Assembly (NCBI RefSeq): GCF_021028975.2
Contig: NC_059439.1
Location: forward strand, 22,878,001 to 22,942,000
DNA: 64,000 nucleotides
Origin: Sphaerodactylus townsendi
Lineage: Eukaryota
Reading direction: 5' to 3'
In this document: piece by piece, positions 58,701 to 64,000 of the stretch
Layout: the number at the start of each line of letters is the position of its first letter
How positions within the stretch are numbered: the first letter of the stretch is position 1
Position numbers and translations under genes: made by a program
The notes under the pieces: model-generated
The model's database searches: none
Told to the model about the DNA's origin: nothing
What the model saw: only the letters and a program-made list of their open reading frames with translations

Positions 58701-60810
58701 AGCCCAGTTTGATTAACTTCTTTCATCATAAATTGCCTTAGGGTGGCCTCCAAACACTCCTAACCTGGTCAAAGGTTTACAGTGTTCCACCCAACCTTAC
58801 TCGGGCACTATTGGTCCCCACCAGGCTTATTTACATGAATATTGCCCATCCCACAAAGTAGCAAAGTGAAGCAAGCAAAAAATAAAATGGTTGATCTGAA
58901 AGCGCGCCCAGATTCCTACTCAGTCTCAAAGTGACTAGTCTGTGCTCCATCTTGGGACACAGGGATGGACTGGTGGGCATGACATTCTGGGGAAAGAGTA
59001 AGCCTATAATGGGTGCTTGTTCTGGATCTTTCAGTGGATGAGGAACTTAGATTTCTCAAAATACTCACCCAATTGCTTTTGTCCTCCTCTTTTCCCAGAC
59101 AAGATAAGTGGGCAAGGAAAGTTCCCAAACCATAGGAGGCAGATGTGTAGATAGTTTTCAATAATATTTAGTTGTGAATTTTTCAACCAATTGCCCCCAA
59201 TACCTATCACGATGTTAAAGCATGTTGTATTTCTGTATCCAATTAGATAGTCTGGACTAAACAATGCTTTAAAATGTATCTATTTAAAACATTTAGAGGC
59301 AGATATCTCCAGGATCTATATAATGAAGACTGCCTGTTGACCTTTACATTTGATAGATTGGTTCACAACTATGTATAATACAGGTTTTTGTACTGAAATG
59401 CATTGTGATCAGGTGGTTTTATTGTTCATGGTGTACTGTGCTATGATGTTGTTGTTTGCTGTCCTGAGCTCAGCTTACCAGGATAGGGTAGGGTATAAAT
59501 CTGAAGTAAAGTAAAAGTAAAACAGTACAAAAATTAGATAATTGTGACCTCTGTTCGTAGAACTAAGACTAGCAAACCAAACAGGAACTTTTCAGAGATT
59601 TTATTATTTATTGGGGGAAAAAGTTCTCTTTATTAGGCAAGATGATAGAAAATACAAGCACCTGAGAATCAACCCAATAGTGATTGTAAAAAACAAGCAT
59701 TAGAGTATCCAAATTTCTTAACATCTCTTGAACATACTAGAGTAACTACAATTTAAAGTAAGTCAATTTAAAGTAAGTTATTGTATTAAAACTGTTCATA
59801 GGGATTTTCATATCAGGACAGATCATACATCCAGAAATCTCATCTAATCTGACTTCCATCCAGAGAAATCTGTTTTGCTTACCATGGTAATGCATTTTTA
59901 AAGAAAAAATAATAATAATATTATTATCTTATTCTAAAACTCTTCTTTCTTAATCATGTGATTATAATCTATATAAAGCACTGGTTCACAACTATGTATG
60001 AGATAAATATGTGCAGCTGAGAATATATCTGGTATGTTCTCATATTTTTGAAAGCAAGATAGGAAGGCCAAATTTAACTCAGGTTAATCTCCGTTCCATT
60101 AACTGTCAAATATTAAAGAAAAATCTTATGCAATGTTCAATGATAGTTGAACCTTACATGAACTCATAGATTTCAGGAAAATGTTCATGATTGGCAAGAA
60201 AAGTGGTGATATAATCAAAATAGTGGTATAATGAAGAGTACGCAATTTGTTACTCTGCTACTTTGCTAATCCAGTTCTGACTATATTCCGCCTACTGCCC
60301 CCATTGCCTCTGCTAGTTTGCTAATCTCATTACCAACCCTGTAACAAGAAAATATCTTCAACTATTAATAAACATTTGCAAGGTTAGAGTATCAAAAATC
60401 CCCCATTTTTTCTTCTAAGCTTGTCTGTTTTTAGATTCTTAAATATTCTTCTTTCCTTGAATCAACAAAATTTCCCAAGAGTCCATACTTCCAGTGGGTA
60501 AATTCCTAACTCTCCATTATGAAATATTGCTGCTTAAAAATATATCCTAGTACATTTTCAAGAGCTACAGATTCTTTCAAACAATGAACAAAAGGAGGTA
60601 CCTGGCTTATTTCTGGAAAATCATATCCACACAATGACTGCTTAAAGAATAAACAATCAATAAGAATGCAAGCAGGCCAGCATGTTACTAGTAAGGAAGA
60701 CTGTTTTCAAGGGCCCTGCCTCCACGATGAAGATATGAACATAATGCAGTTCAAGTGAGAGCATTCATAATTAGCCATTATAAAGTATTCCAATTGTGAC
60801 GCCACTGTTC

Positions 60811-61791
60811 TCAAAGCTTCCTTTTCCTCCTTCTCTTCTGGATTTTAAGTTTCTGAAGTTTCCCAAAGCTTTTCCTCACTGCTTCCTTTACCTCTTTATT
60901 CCTCAAGCTGTATATGAGTGGATTCAGCAGAGGAGTAAGAAGTGTGTAGAACACAGAGAACAATTTCTTTACCTCACTCAGAGAGCTGATGTCTGGTAAG
61001 ACATAGACAATCATCAGAGAGCCATAGAAGCAAGACACCACAGTGAGGTGTGAGGAGCAAGTGGAGAAGGCTTTTTGTTTCCCTATAGTGGATGGGATTC
61101 TTAAAATGCTATGGATGATGCACACATAAGAGGTGAGGGTGATCAAAAGTGGGGGCAGAGTGCATATAAAGGAAACTGTGAATGCTATAGCTTCAACCAA
61201 ATTAGTATCATCACAAGAGAGCATTACTAATGGTGTGAAATCACAGAAGAAATGGTTGATTTCATTGGGTCCACAAAAAGTCAGCCGAGACACCAAGAAT
61301 ATTAGGACACTGATACCCAGAGATCCACATATCCAGGACACAGCAATCAGCAGGATGCACATTCTGCCGTTCATGAGCAACACATAATGCAGTGGTTTGC
61401 AAATGGCTAAGTAACGATCATAAGACATTACTGCTAGAAAATAACATTCTGTGCCTGCAAGAACCCCAAATAAATACAATTGTGCAAGGCATGCGCTAAC
61501 CGATATAGTTCTGTCCCCACTCAGAAAACTAGCCAGCATTCTTGGCAGGATAGCTGAGCTATAGCAGGTCTCCAGACAGGAAAGGTTCCCCAAGAAGAAG
61601 TACATGGGTGTGTGAAGGTGGGGGTCAAAGGTGACTAGAATAACAATGAGGATGTTCCCCACCATTGTTACAAGGTAAACAGCGAGAAACAGTATAAAAA
61701 GTAAAATCTGTGGATCCTCAGTGTTGAAGTCCAAGAGTACAAATGCCTCAGGAGCTGAATGGTTTCTTCCTTCTAAGTTTGTCAGGTGCAT
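60811..61791 (-). CDS. Olfactory receptor, intact, 326 aa (OR11-like)
   Basis: LHTPMYFFLGNLS, MSYDRYLAIC, HFFCD, KAFSTCSSHL and PLLNPLIYSLRN motifs; NHS sequon; ttcttAG|ATG acceptor. Confidence 0.97.
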   Translation of the reverse strand: MHLTNLEGRNHSAPEAFVLLDFNTEDPQILLFILFLAVYLVTMVGNILIVILVTFDPHLHTPMYFFLGNLSCLETCYSSAILPRMLASFLSGDRTISVSACLAQLYLFGVLAGTECYFLAVMSYDRYLAICKPLHYVLLMNGRMCILLIAVSWICGSLGISVLIFLVSRLTFCGPNEINHFFCDFTPLVMLSCDDTNLVEAIAFTVSFICTLPPLLITLTSYVCIIHSILRIPSTIGKQKAFSTCSSHLTVVSCFYGSLMIVYVLPDISSLSEVKKLFSVFYTLLTPLLNPLIYSLRNKEVKEAVRKSFGKLQKLKIQKRRRKRKL

Positions 61792-61899
61792 CTAAGAACC
61801 AGCAGAGAAAAATCAAATCATATTTAGACTAGAGTATTATATAGATTGTTTTTCTCAGAACTTTTGCTGAGATTCAAAAGTCTTTATTTAGTCTATGTA

Positions 61900-62196
61900 G
61901 AGCAGCAGTGGCGTAGGAGGTTAAGAGCTTGTGTATCTAATCTGGAGGAACCGGGTTTGATTCTCCGCTCTGCCGCCTGTGCTGTGGAGGCTTCTCTGGG
62001 GAATTCAGATTAGCCTGTACACTCCCACACACGCCAGCTGGGTGACCTTGGGCTAGTCACAGCTTCTCGGAGCTCTCTCGGCCCCACCTACCTCACAGGG
62101 TGTTTGTTGTGAGGGGGGAAGGGCAAGGAGATTGTAAGCCCCTTTGAGTCTCCTACAGGAGAGAAAGCGGTGATATAAATTCAAAACTCTTCTTCT
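61900..62196 (+). mobile_element. tRNA-derived SINE (Squam3-like), full length, CpGs retained (young)
   Basis: Close match to 20481-20768; lies ~110 bp upstream of the OR ATG in the 5' intron. Confidence 0.9.
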
Positions 62197-64000
62197 CCAA
62201 AAAAACCTCTATAAGCTCTGGGTGGCTTTCAACATTAAAGGTAAAAAAACATACATTAAAAATAATGTAATGCATAGATGGTGACTAAACAGTCTAATAT
62301 TAAAATACCAAAAACTAAATCTCAGTTCATAAAATAGGAACCACAAAAAGTGGCACACGGGGAGGCCTTTTCACAGTAAAAAAGCTCTATCTGCCTCAAC
62401 CATAAGCCCAGTGGAGCAGCTTGGTTTTACAAGCCCTATGAATTGTATCAAAAAAGAACAACAAGAACAGCAACAACAAGAAGAACAAGAAAATTTGGAT
62501 TCATACTCTGCTTTTTTCTTCTGTAAAGAGACTCAAGGAGGTTTACAAACTGCCTCCCTTTCTCTCCCCACCACAGACACCTCTGGAGGTTGGTGGGGCT
62601 GACAAAGTTTGGAAGGAACCATGACTAGCCCAAGGTCACCCAGCAAGAATGCAGGAGTGGGGAAACAAATCTAGTTCACCAGAAAATAGTCCACTGCTCA
62701 TGTTGAGGAATGTGGAATCAAACCTGGTTCTCCAGATTACAGTCCACCTGCTCTTAACCACTTCACCATGCTAGCTCTCAGGACCCTGAGGACGTAGTCT
62801 CACTGGACAGAACACTCCATGTCTGGGTGAGGTATCAATTCAGATGGAATGTTTCATGACATTAAAGATGAGATGAACAAAGAAATCTGGGTGTGTATAA
62901 GAAAGAGAGTAAGGATGATAAAAACCAACCCCTGGTCAACAATTCCTTTTTGTATTTTATCAATGAAGCCCTGACAGTGACTTTCTCTCTCTCCTCCAGT
63001 GGTGTGCTGGCAAACCCTGGAGAAGAAACCATCTGCGTTGTATAACTCTAAAGTAAAATCTGGGATCTGTATTTGGCCTAGAATCCTCTTTTTTTGTGCT
63101 GTTAAGTATTGTCAGACTCTTTATAGAACAAGGAAACCTGTAACTCAACATGATCAATTAATTATAAATACCACTGCCATTGGACCAGTCCAATTCCTTG
63201 ATACAGAATTTGAATTGCATTGAAATAAAACCTATATTAGCATATTAAATATTTTTGTTTCTGCAAATTGTGGGTCCTTGGTTATGAAGGTCTTCTTACC
63301 TTACAGTCTGGAACAATCTGTACATTTTATGATTGCAGTTGTCAAAATGATTGTACAAACCAAATTATTGCTTTGGGTGTCCAAATCAAAAATGTTCTCC
63401 AATATAATTTAGAAAGAAGTCATGATGTCACTGGCAGTCCAGGACATACTATATCAAAATTTCCATCTGGACATTTCTTGAGGCATGGGTGGTAGTCTTG
63501 TGGCACAGCAAACATCTGGCTATATCTATGGATCTTGTGTATGTCATTGCTGATTGCAGTGCAATAGGTTTTAAAAACAGGTAAATCTAACGAATTCCCA
63601 TGAAAATATCAATGAGACTGTAGTTAAAAGTAATAGTTAAAGCATAAGGGAAATTAATGGCTGTAGTGGGATTCAAACAAAGATTGTGGAACAAAAGATA
63701 AAGTAATTATAGACAGTGGGATTAGGGACAAGCATGACCAACAACATAAGAATAGAAAACATGTGTTTCTGTCCTGACAGATACACGTGTTTCCATCCTG
63801 ACAGATACACGTACATTCCTGAAATGGGAGCTTCTTATATTTGCTCTCTATCCATGCTGAAGGGAGAACATTGAATCACAGTAACATGAATACTCTCCTA
63901 CATTCCAAATTATTTATAATGAAGAGGAACCTATTTAACCTATTTAAACAAGTGACATCAAACAGTGGATTTTTAATCCTATTTATTTATACTTTATTTA

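Overview
Vertebrate nuclear DNA, very probably a squamate reptile and possibly a gecko (inferred from Sauria/Squam-type SINEs, squamate Penelope-like repeats and a reptile-type V2R). The window is a chemoreceptor cluster with ten single-coding-exon class II olfactory receptor (OR) loci. Seven are intact, two are broken by one lesion each, and one is riddled with indels that look like sequencing error. In the middle lies one intact six-exon vomeronasal type-2 receptor (V2R, about 857 aa), which I assembled from splice sites; the ORF track shows it only as fragments. The intergenic DNA is dense with transposons: about 17 PIF/Harbinger-type MITEs (3-bp TSDs), hAT MITEs (8-bp TSDs), a non-autonomous Helitron carrying a nested CR1 LINE, Penelope-like elements with hammerhead-ribozyme motifs, RTE-X-like and Rex1-like LINE fragments, and tRNA- and 5S-derived SINEs. 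A roughly 6-kb tandem duplication of one OR unit provides filled/empty site pairs. The most notable observations are a Penelope inverted repeat with a hammerhead inserted just behind an OR stop codon, the solitary V2R inside the OR array, an unexplained 82-bp loopless palindrome beside an OR poly(A) signal, and a MITE inserted into a putative OR 5'UTR splice donor. I found no convincing wholly new protein-coding system. There are three assembly gaps and several error-rich patches. Repeat family names are from recognition, not database searches.
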